From a virus: a stretch of 64,000 bases of DNA. Under the pieces are notes generated by a model. That model worked only from the letters and a program-made list of their open reading frames with translations. It was not told where the DNA came from and searched no databases. This document shows positions 44,651 through 53,726 of this stretch, one piece after another. The stretch lies in IMG/VR virus record IMGVR_UViG_3300028048_000003; one strand, given 5' to 3'. How positions within the stretch are numbered: position 1 is the first letter of the stretch; each line of letters begins with the position of its first letter. The position numbers were made by a program, and so were the translations under genes.

Positions 44651-44680
44651 GACTAATTGCAACTAATTGCGACTAATTAA
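44651..44680. repeat. three tandem 10-bp repeats of ACTAATTGC(A/G)
   Basis: GACTAATTGCAACTAATTGCGACTAATTAA, read directly in an intergenic gap. Confidence 0.7.
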
Positions 44681-44702
44681 AACAAAGAGTGTATAGTTAC
44701 CA

Positions 44703-44924
44703 CTACACCAACTTTCTAAGCTCCAAAAGCTCTTTTCGCAGCAGGGTAACTTTATTTCCGATATTGTATGCAGTTGAAGCTGTGGTATAGCCGTAGCCCC
44801 GTGTTTTTCCAATCTCATCGGCATCAGCTCTTTCACATACATCTCTGTACAAGCTGTTCATAAGCAATTTACATAGCTCCGCTTTTTCTACGGCAAGCTC
44901 TGTCCGCTCATCCATATCAATCAC
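44703..44924 (-). CDS. hypothetical protein (73 aa)
   Basis: GAGGAGTGA ribosome-binding site. Confidence 0.5.
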   Translation of the reverse strand: MIDMDERTELAVEKAELCKLLMNSLYRDVCERADADEIGKTRGYGYTTASTAYNIGNKVTLLRKELLELRKLV

Positions 44925-44927
44925 TCC

Positions 44928-45179
44928 TCAAATACGGATATGCTCTTCTGGCCGCAAAAGGCCATTTTTAGCAAGTTCCTTCTCATCAACAAACGACGAA
45001 TATCGATTGATAAACAGCGGGCATCGACGGCACTCATTAAGAGGTTCGTCTGTCCTTGCATCATATCTTCCTCCGCACAGATAGATTTTTCTTCCGCTAG
45101 TTGTCTCAACCGAATCTAGTGCGTAGCCTTTGGTCTTTACCTCACCTTTGCGTACTAGCTCACATGCGCTTTGTCTCAT
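44928..45179 (-). CDS. hypothetical protein (83 aa)
   Basis: GAGGAGGAG ribosome-binding site. Preferred over the overlapping 62-aa ORF. Confidence 0.5.
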   Translation of the reverse strand: MRQSACELVRKGEVKTKGYALDSVETTSGRKIYLCGGRYDARTDEPLNECRRCPLFINRYSSFVDEKELAKNGLLRPEEHIRI

Positions 45180-45223
45180 ATTTTCTCCTCCTCAAATACG
45201 AATAGATAATATTTGTTTTACAT

Positions 45224-45556
45224 TCATTTCGTTTCGCGAACAACTTCAGCAATCCTAGAAATCAAATCTACAACATGGTCTTCTGTAATAGAAATATTAT
45301 CTGGTGTGATAACAGATGCAGCAATCATTGTATAAACCGTTTTCTTATCTGGGATAAATACCAGCAAGATAAGGCATATTGTTGCTACAACCGCACAGAT
45401 TTTAATATACATCACTTTTTTCTCATCAGGCCAGTCAACCAAAATAGGCATAATCGTTGCGAATACTGATGCGAATAGAATGAAAAGTGATAAACCATGA
45501 ATTGCATTGAGCACATAGATTAAATAAAACCATGCTGGAGAGATAATCGCGTCCAT
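45224..45556 (-). CDS. membrane protein (110 aa, about three transmembrane segments)
   Basis: Hydrophobic helices. Confidence 0.5.
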   Translation of the reverse strand: MDAIISPAWFYLIYVLNAIHGLSLFILFASVFATIMPILVDWPDEKKVMYIKICAVVATICLILLVFIPDKKTVYTMIAASVITPDNISITEDHVVDLISRIAEVVRETK

Positions 45557-45573
45557 TTTGCTTAATCACCACC

Positions 45574-45759
45574 TTAGATACGAATACATTCAAAGTCCAT
45601 GACGGATTGCGTCTGCTCGTTTTTCTCAAACCAACCTTTTGCCGCGGGAACTACGAGCGCACCGTCTTTACCGTCGATAAAAATTACGTCCCCAGTTAGA
45701 ACACTCCTGTCTGTATTTCCTTTCGTCACTTTATAAAACTTGTCAGGTTCTAACCTCAT
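45574..45759 (-). CDS. hypothetical protein (61 aa)
   Basis: ATG at 45759, ATGA-coupled. The longer track ORF lacks a ribosome-binding site. Confidence 0.4.
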   Translation of the reverse strand: MRLEPDKFYKVTKGNTDRSVLTGDVIFIDGKDGALVVPAAKGWFEKNEQTQSVMDFECIRI

Positions 45760-45893
45760 TGGTTCTCTATCCTCTTGTGAGCAAGCGCCCCAGTAATTGC
45801 GCCACAAACGAACACAGCTATATAGGTGATTATCTCTATCATTTCTCTTGCTCCAGAGGTGAGCACGGATATATAGCTGATTATTTCTATCAT
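45756..45893 (-). CDS. 45-aa hydrophobic peptide with an internal duplication
   Basis: MIEIISYISVLTSGARE then MIEIITYIAVFVCGAITGAL. ATGA-coupled at both ends. Confidence 0.35.
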   Translation of the reverse strand: MIEIISYISVLTSGAREMIEIITYIAVFVCGAITGALAHKRIENQ

Positions 45894-46177
45894 TTTTCTT
45901 TTCTCCTTTCAATCTCACGATTCAGATACCAAGCGGCTTTCTTTAAGTCTTCGACCACCTTGTCGGATTTCTTACCGCATCGAGCGATGTACTTCACCGT
46001 ATTGCCAAGGCAGAAGTCCAAGTTCCATGCTTCAATCACGTCGATAGCCTCGATACCGCCAGTTTTATAGTAAGCTGGGTGGTTCACGGCTTCACGTCGT
46101 TCAATATCTGCAAGCTGCTCCTGCGCGTATGTCGGAGCATCATTGATGCAGTTGCCGTTTCTATCGCAAGTCTCCAT
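45890..46177 (-). CDS. DUF3310-like phage protein
   Basis: The pattern HPAYYKTGGIEAIDVIEAWNLDFCLGNTVKYIARCGKK...DLKKAAWYL matches the family as I recall it. Confidence 0.5.
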   Translation of the reverse strand: METCDRNGNCINDAPTYAQEQLADIERREAVNHPAYYKTGGIEAIDVIEAWNLDFCLGNTVKYIARCGKKSDKVVEDLKKAAWYLNREIERRKEK

Positions 46178-46220
46178 TATTCTCCCTCTTATTCCTCTAA
46201 CAAAATATGACAGAAATTTT

Positions 46221-46367
46221 TCATTTCTGAATCAACAGCCATTCTAGGAACGTCATGTGCTCTTTAAGCTGCCCCGTATCGTATACATACCATTCGATTC
46301 CAAGTCCTACGGCAGACAGCAAAAGCATAAATCCAACGGTAAAAAGAAATTCGTATAAAAGTTTCAT
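46221..46367 (-). CDS. possible 48-aa membrane peptide
   Basis: Below the track cutoff. One transmembrane helix. ATGA-coupled. Confidence 0.3.
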   Translation of the reverse strand: MKLLYEFLFTVGFMLLLSAVGLGIEWYVYDTGQLKEHMTFLEWLLIQK

Positions 46368-46849
46368 TTTCTTCTCCTTTTCTTTAAGTGACTAATCTCC
46401 CTCATCAATCCAGCGAGGAAAACTTTATCCTTACTGTTCCATGACTTTTTTAATTCTCTTGACAATGAACGAATCAGGTACATTTTCATGTCATTTTCCC
46501 TCGATTTGCTCATGCTCTTCCTTTTAGCTTTCTTCACACATTCAAGGTCAGTACCTACAAGAATGCCTATCTCATCGGGAATCTCGTCCTTCACAGCCTG
46601 ATATAAAGCTCTCGGCATGACATAGTAATTGTAGTGGCCTTCAAAATTGTGTCCGTGCTTGCTGTGGAAATCCCCCTCAGAAACCTTTATCTCATAGCAC
46701 CAGATTGTCCCCTTCGTGTTTGTCTGCATAAAGTCAACGCGCTTTTTTCCATACCAACCAATAGTTACCTCTGGACAACCGAAAGTTCTAAACTCTACCG
46801 TTTTTCTGATAAGGGCATGTTCCAGCTTTAGTGTTTCTTCGCTTTTCAT
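46364..46849 (-). CDS. MmcB-like / PD-(D/E)XK-type nuclease-fold protein
   Basis: A D ... E-x-K context (VDFMQ ... CYEIKVSEGDF) and compact size. Confidence 0.35.
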   Translation of the reverse strand: MKSEETLKLEHALIRKTVEFRTFGCPEVTIGWYGKKRVDFMQTNTKGTIWCYEIKVSEGDFHSKHGHNFEGHYNYYVMPRALYQAVKDEIPDEIGILVGTDLECVKKAKRKSMSKSRENDMKMYLIRSLSRELKKSWNSKDKVFLAGLMREISHLKKRRRK

Positions 46850-47160
46850 GCTAACCTCTTCAATACTCGAAAGCACAAATCATCCACAGTAACATTTTGA
46901 TTAGCCCTTGTGTATCTGTGCTCTCTTTTATTTCTCTCGTGTTTGATAGGGACGCATAGTGCTTCTTCCCCGATACGCAATCCCTTGAACGAACGATTAC
47001 TCGCCTGTACCGCTCCCATCTCCTCAATAATTCTCTTGGTGCAAGGATGTCCTATATAATGTGGAATACCTTCAATATGCACCGCTTTTCGAGGAATGGT
47101 ATAGATACTGTAAACACCGTCTTTAGGCATTACGCTAGTAGATAAAACCGCCACAATCAT
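46846..47160 (-). CDS. DUF1874 (STIV B116 / YddF-like) protein
   Basis: IGHPCTKRIIEEMG ... NRSFKGLRIGEEALCVPIK resembles the family pattern. Confidence 0.4.
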   Translation of the reverse strand: MIVAVLSTSVMPKDGVYSIYTIPRKAVHIEGIPHYIGHPCTKRIIEEMGAVQASNRSFKGLRIGEEALCVPIKHERNKREHRYTRANQNVTVDDLCFRVLKRLA

Positions 47161-48071
47161 TTCTTATTATGTGCGCTCCTTCCGAAAGAACAATACTTCC
47201 AGACTGGACAGAACCCTTCGCACTTGCGCCCTCCCCATCTCTCTCGATAAGAACACGGAGGAGGAGTTACATGAGCTTCTAGTGCCTCTTGCAATCTGTG
47301 AGCCTTGGTCAGCATGTACTTCTGAATCCACTCATCGGAAATCTTATTGATACGGATAAGCTGCATATTGGTATTCACACCACGGTCACGAGCGGAAAAC
47401 GTCCCAGCATCGCGCGTAAATATCTCCACTTGCATATCATCAACAGGAAGACCGATAGACTCTACCATTATCCGATAAGCATTGAGCTGAATGGCAACAT
47501 CATGCACATCCCTGATACCGCGTGTGTAGTAGGTTTTGTACTTCTTCTTACCGTTCCTCCACTTCTCTTGCTTTCCGTCCTTACCAATGACAGGTTCTTT
47601 ATGCTTGACCAGCCCCATCGCATGAGCCGTCTTAAAGCTCCCATAAGTCTTCACGTCGTACAGGATATGCCTCTTGCCGTCGTAGCAGTCAAACTGCCCC
47701 GTATACGTTCCTGTTGGGTCTGTGAGCCGCTTCTCTGCAACCATCTGGTCATTCTCAAGGAACTGTTCGAGGAAAGCATGACAGCCTGTACCAAAGATAG
47801 CGAATATAGAATCCTGTGGATTGATTGAGTAGTTCCTCGTCAGTTTCAAGTATTCTTCCCTAGTACCACTAAGGAGCTGCGTAGCAGATGGCTTTCCAGT
47901 CCACTCTCTTTGCTCTGAAATAGCCTTGAGCGTCCTGTGAGACAAGCACCTCCCTGCATCAAAACACCTTCCGATTCGACACTTTGTTAAACACTTCTCG
48001 ATTTGCACATCCTTCCCATCGGGGCAGATGTATTTGTTATATGGCAATTTATCACTTCTCCTTTCATTCAA
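47157..48071 (-). CDS. Cas4/RecB-like PD-(D/E)XK exonuclease with a C-terminal Cys cluster
   Basis: An N-terminal Cys plus the C-terminal C-x-...-C-x3-C-x5-C cluster (PPPCSY...RKCEGFCPVWKYC). Recombination-module context. Confidence 0.55.
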   Translation of the reverse strand: MNERRSDKLPYNKYICPDGKDVQIEKCLTKCRIGRCFDAGRCLSHRTLKAISEQREWTGKPSATQLLSGTREEYLKLTRNYSINPQDSIFAIFGTGCHAFLEQFLENDQMVAEKRLTDPTGTYTGQFDCYDGKRHILYDVKTYGSFKTAHAMGLVKHKEPVIGKDGKQEKWRNGKKKYKTYYTRGIRDVHDVAIQLNAYRIMVESIGLPVDDMQVEIFTRDAGTFSARDRGVNTNMQLIRINKISDEWIQKYMLTKAHRLQEALEAHVTPPPCSYRERWGGRKCEGFCPVWKYCSFGRSAHNKK

Positions 48072-50035
48072 TCTGCAAGACGGATTCTACTCGTATTCAA
48101 ATCCATCACTAGCTCTACCTCTTCCACCTTCGTACCATGTCTAGCTTTGCCAATACCGAGCATGACCTTGTTCTTCTTTAACTCCGCTTCTTCTGGCATA
48201 AGCTCTGGATTTTTCCCAGGTCTCCACAGCAGGAAGATGTTATCCGCACTCGCTTCGAGGTCGCCGCCGCCTTTAAGGTCTGCCATACTAGGCTTCTCCC
48301 AGATACGGCTACCGCGATTTAACTGGCTCAGAACAACCACATGGATGTTATTGTCTTTTGCCAGAGGTTTCATTCCTTTAGCGGTTTCGGCAAGGAACTC
48401 AAACTGAGAGCAGTTCTTCATATACTGAATGTAGTCGATGAAAACAACATCCAACTGCCCCTCGAAGAGCTTCGCATTTGCGTCCTTGATGTAAGAATCC
48501 ACCTGTTTGATGTCCAGACCGTTCTTATCAATGATATACAGGTGTTCCTTGAGCTTATCGAGACAGTTATATACGAGCACATCTCCCTGCTTAATCATCT
48601 CATCAACGATTTCAACAGGTCTTGCCAGCATACACGCCAGCACCCGCTCATAAAGTGCTCCTGCGCTCATCTCCATTGAGAAATAGAGGACGTTCTTACG
48701 CTGTCTCACCACCATATCTACGCACATACAGACGGTAATGAAGGTCTTTCCTGCGCCGCTATATCCACCAATGAAGGTAACATCCTTGCGCCGTCCTCCT
48801 CCTCTCACACCATCGTCAACAGCCGTGATACCATACTGGACGCTCTTCTCTTCAAGCATAGCTCTCGTCTCTTCTAGGCACTGCTCTGGTGCTTTGAAAT
48901 CCTCATCGAGACGAATATCCTCTTGTGATACATGCAGAAAATCAAGGATTGCAGGGCGCTCCACTTTCCACCTCTCAGCGAGCATGTCAGCGATAGAGAT
49001 TAATGTCAAGTTGTCTTTGACACTCTTTGAAAAGTTTTCCGCTACCTTCTTCTCTGCCGATTCGGAAGAACATTTGTTAAGCTCCTGCTCCAATACAAAG
49101 ATGTCAAGCGGCACACGTTTAAGCGAGTCAAGGTCATTGTTCCCCTTTGAAAAATACTCGTTTGTGTCTTTGATACCATCAGGAAGAAGCAACACCTCGA
49201 ACGGCACATCGGCGGCATATTTCAGAGCGTTTTTCCTCACCTTTGTCAGCAGTGGATAAGCCACACCGTCATTGTCAGGAACGAGCACAACGGTAAGGGA
49301 CTCATATATCCTATGAATCTTTTGCAGCTCTTCAAGATGATACTTGGACGGCTGAGAGGAGTTATAGGCAACTGCCGCATATCCAGCTTGGTGAAGACTC
49401 ATCGCATCGAAGAACCCTTCTACAAGAAAAAGCGTATTGGTGAGCCGTTCTTTCGCCCCTCTGAGGTTGAACAGGAACTTGGATTTCGTGAAAATATCGT
49501 CGTTCTTATTGGTCAGATACTTAGGAGTTCCCTCGAATCGACGTAAAGCATAGCCGACATAGCGACCGTTAGTATCAACGAAAGGAATAAACACATTTCC
49601 GTGATTATCCGCGCCCAACGTAAACTCATTAATCGTTTCTTCTGTAAGACCGCGTTCTTTTGTGAGGTAGTCCTGCACAACCTTCACGTTCTTGTGATAC
49701 GTTTCGGCTGCTTCTTCGTTGTAGTTGACGATGCTCTTTCGTTTCACATACCCCTCATCTTGAGAAATATCTACGTTAAGCTCGTCGGCGAGAATCTCAC
49801 AAGCGGTAAAGAAGTCAACCTGCTCCATTTCCTCGATTAGATTGATTACGTCACCGCTCTTGCCACACGCCCAACAATGAAACGTCTTGTGGTCATACAC
49901 ACAGAACTCCGTAGCGTTGCCATGCTTGCAAATCGGGCAGACTCCACGATATACATTCCCCTGACGTGTAAGCTCTGTGAACTTCTCGCAATACTCAACG
50001 AGGTCTATCTGGTCGATTAGTGCTCTTAGAATCAT
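48068..50035 (-). CDS. bifunctional primase-helicase (DnaG zinc finger and Toprim, plus a DnaB/RecA-like ATPase)
   Basis: CHC2 zinc finger CPICKHGNATEF...HCWACGKSGD. The helicase half carries Walker A GGYSGAGKT. Confidence 0.8.
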   Translation of the reverse strand: MILRALIDQIDLVEYCEKFTELTRQGNVYRGVCPICKHGNATEFCVYDHKTFHCWACGKSGDVINLIEEMEQVDFFTACEILADELNVDISQDEGYVKRKSIVNYNEEAAETYHKNVKVVQDYLTKERGLTEETINEFTLGADNHGNVFIPFVDTNGRYVGYALRRFEGTPKYLTNKNDDIFTKSKFLFNLRGAKERLTNTLFLVEGFFDAMSLHQAGYAAVAYNSSQPSKYHLEELQKIHRIYESLTVVLVPDNDGVAYPLLTKVRKNALKYAADVPFEVLLLPDGIKDTNEYFSKGNNDLDSLKRVPLDIFVLEQELNKCSSESAEKKVAENFSKSVKDNLTLISIADMLAERWKVERPAILDFLHVSQEDIRLDEDFKAPEQCLEETRAMLEEKSVQYGITAVDDGVRGGGRRKDVTFIGGYSGAGKTFITVCMCVDMVVRQRKNVLYFSMEMSAGALYERVLACMLARPVEIVDEMIKQGDVLVYNCLDKLKEHLYIIDKNGLDIKQVDSYIKDANAKLFEGQLDVVFIDYIQYMKNCSQFEFLAETAKGMKPLAKDNNIHVVVLSQLNRGSRIWEKPSMADLKGGGDLEASADNIFLLWRPGKNPELMPEEAELKKNKVMLGIGKARHGTKVEEVELVMDLNTSRIRLAD

Positions 50036-50385
50036 GTACCAAGAAATCCTTTCAAGTCGATGTCATATTCCTTCTTATCCGTAATACTCTTAACGGCTTT
50101 TTTCTCTTCTTCGGACTGCCGACTCTCAACCCATATCTGAGATATACGCTCAAGTGAGTACACATCTTCAACAGGAATCTCCGTCTCAGTCAGCATCACA
50201 CAGATATTCTTTATGGTCTGCCGTGGTAGCTTCATAAGATAGCTTCGACAAATGAAATACTCCTTACGAGGCTTCCCCCCTACGAATGGTTTCAGATGGA
50301 TATTGTGAAGCCAAGCAAGGCAGCACTTATGCACCTGCTTATTGAAATCTATCTTACTAAATTCGATAATTTCCTCTTTAGTCAT
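50032..50385 (-). CDS. hypothetical protein (117 aa)
   Basis: ATG at 50385 after GAGGTGGTGA. Confidence 0.5.
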   Translation of the reverse strand: MTKEEIIEFSKIDFNKQVHKCCLAWLHNIHLKPFVGGKPRKEYFICRSYLMKLPRQTIKNICVMLTETEIPVEDVYSLERISQIWVESRQSEEEKKAVKSITDKKEYDIDLKGFLGT

Positions 50386-50534
50386 ACAATCACCACCTCT
50401 AATCGTATTAATAAAGTGTTTCATAAAGTAGTATCTATTTACATTTGATAGTATAAGTTACTACTCTATGGGTAAAAAAAATATGTAAGTATTACACGAA
50501 AAGACGGCCTATTATGACCGTCCACAGAGTAGTA

Positions 50535-51248
50535 TTACTTACGAGGGAACTTGAAATCAAGCACCTTTGCGGCGGCATCCTTGAGAACTGGGTCAGCGCT
50601 ATTGAACTTCATCCACGTCAGGGACTTCATAGACACCTCAGACAGCTTCTTACCGTTGTTCATGCTGCCGTCACTCACCACCATATCGAGGAGCTTCTGA
50701 ATCTCTTCGGGGGCATTTGCCGTGTCCACAGGCTTCTGGTATGTGCTGCTAGAGCCGTAGGACTGCCGCTTATCATACTCTACCTTGGTTTCGAGATTGC
50801 CGCTACGCTCGTTCTCAGGGAGCGCCCAATCGGGGAGAGTAATCTTTCCGTAGAAGCGCCCATTGTGAAGGTCAACGCGCGGAGAATCAAGCTCATAGAG
50901 ATAGCGACCAATGCCAAGCTGCGCCGCTGCACGTTTGAGAGCACCAGAGATAGCGCCCTTGAGGGGAGAAGCCTGTTCTGTGAACTCTGCTCCATCCGAT
51001 TTAACGATAGTCTTGCCGTCGAACTCACACGTCAGGGTACAGATAACGCCCTTAGAGCACGTCTCAAAACTGTCTTTCCAGCCCTCAACGCCGAAGACCT
51101 CATCGAGACGGTTCTGGATGCCACGAGCCGATACATAAGCGAGCATCGTACCGCTCTGACGGTCTTTGAACGTACTTCCTACACGCCACTCAATTTCCTT
51201 GCTCGGAAAAGGTGCGCGGAGCAGTTCAGCTACATTTTTTTCTGCCAT
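50535..51248 (-). CDS. Rad52/Sak-type single-strand annealing protein
   Basis: FPSKEIEWRVG ... YVSARGIQNRLDEVFG..GW ... LKRAAAQLGIGRYLY pattern. ATG after GGAGGAAG. Confidence 0.65.
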   Translation of the reverse strand: MAEKNVAELLRAPFPSKEIEWRVGSTFKDRQSGTMLAYVSARGIQNRLDEVFGVEGWKDSFETCSKGVICTLTCEFDGKTIVKSDGAEFTEQASPLKGAISGALKRAAAQLGIGRYLYELDSPRVDLHNGRFYGKITLPDWALPENERSGNLETKVEYDKRQSYGSSSTYQKPVDTANAPEEIQKLLDMVVSDGSMNNGKKLSEVSMKSLTWMKFNSADPVLKDAAAKVLDFKFPRK

Positions 51249-51423
51249 TTTGTTCTTCCTCCATCTTGAACTGAATATTAATCTTTGGCACATAGCGAGT
51301 ACCGTGAGAATCAACGGCGTAAATCCTGATTGGAATACCGTGTTTGATACAGTTGTTGCAATAAGCTGTTGCTTCGTCTGGCTCGTTTGTTAGTACACCA
51401 AACTCTTCGTGGATAAACGTCAT
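51226..51423 (-). CDS. hypothetical protein (65 aa)
   Basis: GGGAGG ribosome-binding site. Confidence 0.45.
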   Translation of the reverse strand: MTFIHEEFGVLTNEPDEATAYCNNCIKHGIPIRIYAVDSHGTRYVPKINIQFKMEEEQNGRKKCS

Positions 51424-51570
51424 TCTTACGACCTCCCATGTGATAACACCAGTATAACAGAGTTAGAGCATTACGTCAATAGAAAATTTATTTACGCAGT
51501 AATACTTTTCGGCAGACCTTTTGTGGTAAATCAATAATAGCACTCTGCTCGATTAGTGTCAATCTTGATT

Positions 51571-52347
51571 TTACTTGGAAAGACGTTTTGCGAGACGAGC
51601 AGCGAGAGCAGGGTTAGTCTTAGAGAGGTTGCGCATAAAGTCAGAATCGATAGCTTTCTTCGCAGAGACAATGGGCTTCACATCAACAGCATAGACAACG
51701 GCACGGTTTCTGGCAGGTTTCCCAATATCATTCTTAGCTTTCTTGCCGAGCTGCCAGTTGTTTTTGAGAGCGGCGAAGAAGTAGGCAATAGGATTCTTAA
51801 CAGAGAGGGAGCTGTTGAGCAAGGCGAGCTTCTCTTCAACGTAGTTCACGCCAAGCTCTTTCATCTCCTCGAAGGAGCACGGCTTATTACCAGCCAGCTT
51901 GCGTCCGTATTCCAGAACTTTCGTGGCGTAGAGGACGGGGGAGATACCGAGGGCAGCAGCTTTCTGTCCAACGGCGGCATGGTGGCTAGTCTCAGTCTCC
52001 TTCTCAACATCGTTATTATTTGTTTTAACTATTCTAGTTTGTTCTTTGCGATTCGTAGCCATAGGGCATGTCACGGGCTTATCGAGGATTCTGACGTAGC
52101 GTGCCAAGACCATTTTAGGGATTTTTGGGGAGTACATGAGCTTGACTGCGACCAGACCAGCGCGGCGAAGGTCGGTAATGATATGGCTGACGCGAGACAT
52201 AGACTTACCCATCATCTCAGCGAGGCTACGATTATTCGCCCAGCATGAGCCTGTTTTGGCAGAAAGATATTCAATCCTCTCGAACAGCAACACATGCGTG
52301 GATGTCATTTTGATGCCGTTGACTACATCGTTCGGTTTGAACTTCAT
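51571..52347 (-). CDS. replication initiator-like winged-helix protein
   Basis: Winged-helix HTH segment NNRSLAEMMGKSMSRVSHIITDLRRAGLV. It diverges from the DnaA-box region. Confidence 0.45.
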   Translation of the reverse strand: MKFKPNDVVNGIKMTSTHVLLFERIEYLSAKTGSCWANNRSLAEMMGKSMSRVSHIITDLRRAGLVAVKLMYSPKIPKMVLARYVRILDKPVTCPMATNRKEQTRIVKTNNNDVEKETETSHHAAVGQKAAALGISPVLYATKVLEYGRKLAGNKPCSFEEMKELGVNYVEEKLALLNSSLSVKNPIAYFFAALKNNWQLGKKAKNDIGKPARNRAVVYAVDVKPIVSAKKAIDSDFMRNLSKTNPALAARLAKRLSK

Positions 52348-52419
52348 GTTGTACCTCCGTTTTTAATAAAAAAATAAGCGCCCAACACACCTTTTTGGTG
52401 CATCAGACGCTTTTGTTTC

Positions 52420-52448
52420 TTGCCTGTGCAGTTTGACTATGATATAAT
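52420..52448 (+). promoter_or_regulatory. sigma70-type promoter of the candidate sRNA
   Basis: TTGCCT (52420-52425), 17-nt spacer, TATAAT (52443-52448). Confidence 0.55.
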
Positions 52449-52454
52449 AGTCGT

Positions 52455-52572
52455 AGAAGTTGATGAAACGGTGTATATATCTGTGTTCCATCGACTCGCT
52501 CTACTGGGGTGTGTAAAGAAGACCAGTAAAGCCGCTTCTAAGTGACGCCAATCACTTGGGAGCATTTTTTTT
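52455..52572 (+). ncRNA. candidate small RNA of about 118 nt (promoter plus intrinsic terminator)
   Basis: The terminator has a 12-bp stem (52534-52545 pairing with 52552-52563) followed by 8 T. An internal hairpin pairs GTTGATG with CATCGAC. The only ORF is a weak 17-codon one. Confidence 0.5.
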
Positions 52573-52590
52573 GTTCAGTTTTCAAAGGAA

Positions 52591-52611
52591 TGTGGATAAC
52601 GCTGTGGATAA
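52591..52611. promoter_or_regulatory. two tandem perfect DnaA boxes (candidate origin)
   Basis: TGTGGATAA at 52591-52599 and 52603-52611, which is the reverse complement of TTATCCACA. Confidence 0.6.
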
Positions 52612-52742
52612 CTCATGTTTCACAGATTGCTACCTACGTCTTATATGATAACTCGCCAGCCCTTATGTAGTCAACGCTTAAAAGCAAATATTTACATAAA
52701 AGGTTCGGTATGTTACTGAGTATTACTCGATGATATTTTTTC

Positions 52743-52771
52743 TTGACGTATCGCTTATAGTGTTATACAAT
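52743..52771 (+). promoter_or_regulatory. parM promoter
   Basis: TTGACG, 17-nt spacer, TACAAT. Flanked by GATGAT(A)TTTTTTCTT direct repeats at about 52722 and 52781. Confidence 0.55.
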
Positions 52772-52814
52772 GTGAGCGTAGATGATTTTTTCTTATCGAG
52801 AAGGAGGATTTACC

Positions 52815-53726
52815 ATGATTTCTATCGACGTAGGATTCGGTAACACTAAGGTGTATGACGGCGAAACCTTAAACGTGTTCCCCTCTATCTATTACCGCGC
52901 CAAGGCAGCCGAAGCCGTGAACGACCCAAGAGATATGCTCCTTGAGCTGGATGGTGAGAAGTATCATGTTGGCATCACGGCTCTGAACAAAGGTGGAGAG
53001 TCACAGATGGAGCGTCACAACCTCCTCCGTCACAAGCTCTTCATTCTCTCTGCGATTTGTGCTACGACGAGAGGCGATTTCTCCGATAAGGTTCTTCTTG
53101 GTCTTCCGATTAGCGACATGGAGACGATGAAGGAATCTGTTGAGGGATTGAAAGGCACATACCACGTTATTTTCAACGGAGAGCCGAGAGAAATCAACAT
53201 CACGACCATTAAGGTATATCCTCAGTCAGAAGCCGTATACAACCTCCTAGAGCGTCAGGACGAGAATATCAGAGACAAGGCAATCGGTATCATCGATGTG
53301 GGACAGAAAACGGTTGACCTCGCCTACTACAACTACGGGACGCTTGATGATGATAGGTGCGGGAGTCTAACAAAACTCGGTTGCAAATCGGCGTATCTTG
53401 ACATCCAGAAGGCGCTTAACCGTGTCTGCGACATCGATACTGAGTGGTATCTGGTATCTAAGTTCTTGAACCGCGAAGCAATAGAAGAAGATAAGAACCG
53501 TGCGTTTGAGGACATGGCGCGTAAGATTCTGAGCGCAACCAGTAACCTTGGATGGAATTACCATGAACTCGATGCAGTGTACCTTATCGGAGGCGGTAGT
53601 TCTTATATCGAACCATTCGTAAAGGAGCATGTAAAGGTTCTTACTGGAGAGAGCGACAAGGTTATTATTCCATCTAACCCAGTATTCGCGAATGTGAGGA
53701 GTTACTACGAGGGGGAATTGAAATGA
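52815..53726 (+). CDS. parM: ParM/StbA-type actin-like segregation ATPase
   Basis: Actin-fold phosphate motifs in order: ISIDVGFGNTK, IIDVGQKTVD and YLIGGGS. Confidence 0.75.
   Translation: MISIDVGFGNTKVYDGETLNVFPSIYYRAKAAEAVNDPRDMLLELDGEKYHVGITALNKGGESQMERHNLLRHKLFILSAICATTRGDFSDKVLLGLPISDMETMKESVEGLKGTYHVIFNGEPREINITTIKVYPQSEAVYNLLERQDENIRDKAIGIIDVGQKTVDLAYYNYGTLDDDRCGSLTKLGCKSAYLDIQKALNRVCDIDTEWYLVSKFLNREAIEEDKNRAFEDMARKILSATSNLGWNYHELDAVYLIGGGSSYIEPFVKEHVKVLTGESDKVIIPSNPVFANVRSYYEGELK

Noticed and set aside
44651-44680. A check for CRISPR arrays, covering these tandem repeats, the iterons at 22267-22379, and the rest of the window.
   Set aside because: The repeats are 10-15 bp, adjacent or irregularly spaced, and have no spacers of uniform length. 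Nothing in the window resembles a CRISPR repeat-spacer array.
50514-52248. Plus-strand ORFs of 251 and 230 aa opposite the annealase and initiator genes.
   Set aside because: They are antisense shadows without ribosome-binding sites. The minus-strand proteins carry recognisable motifs.
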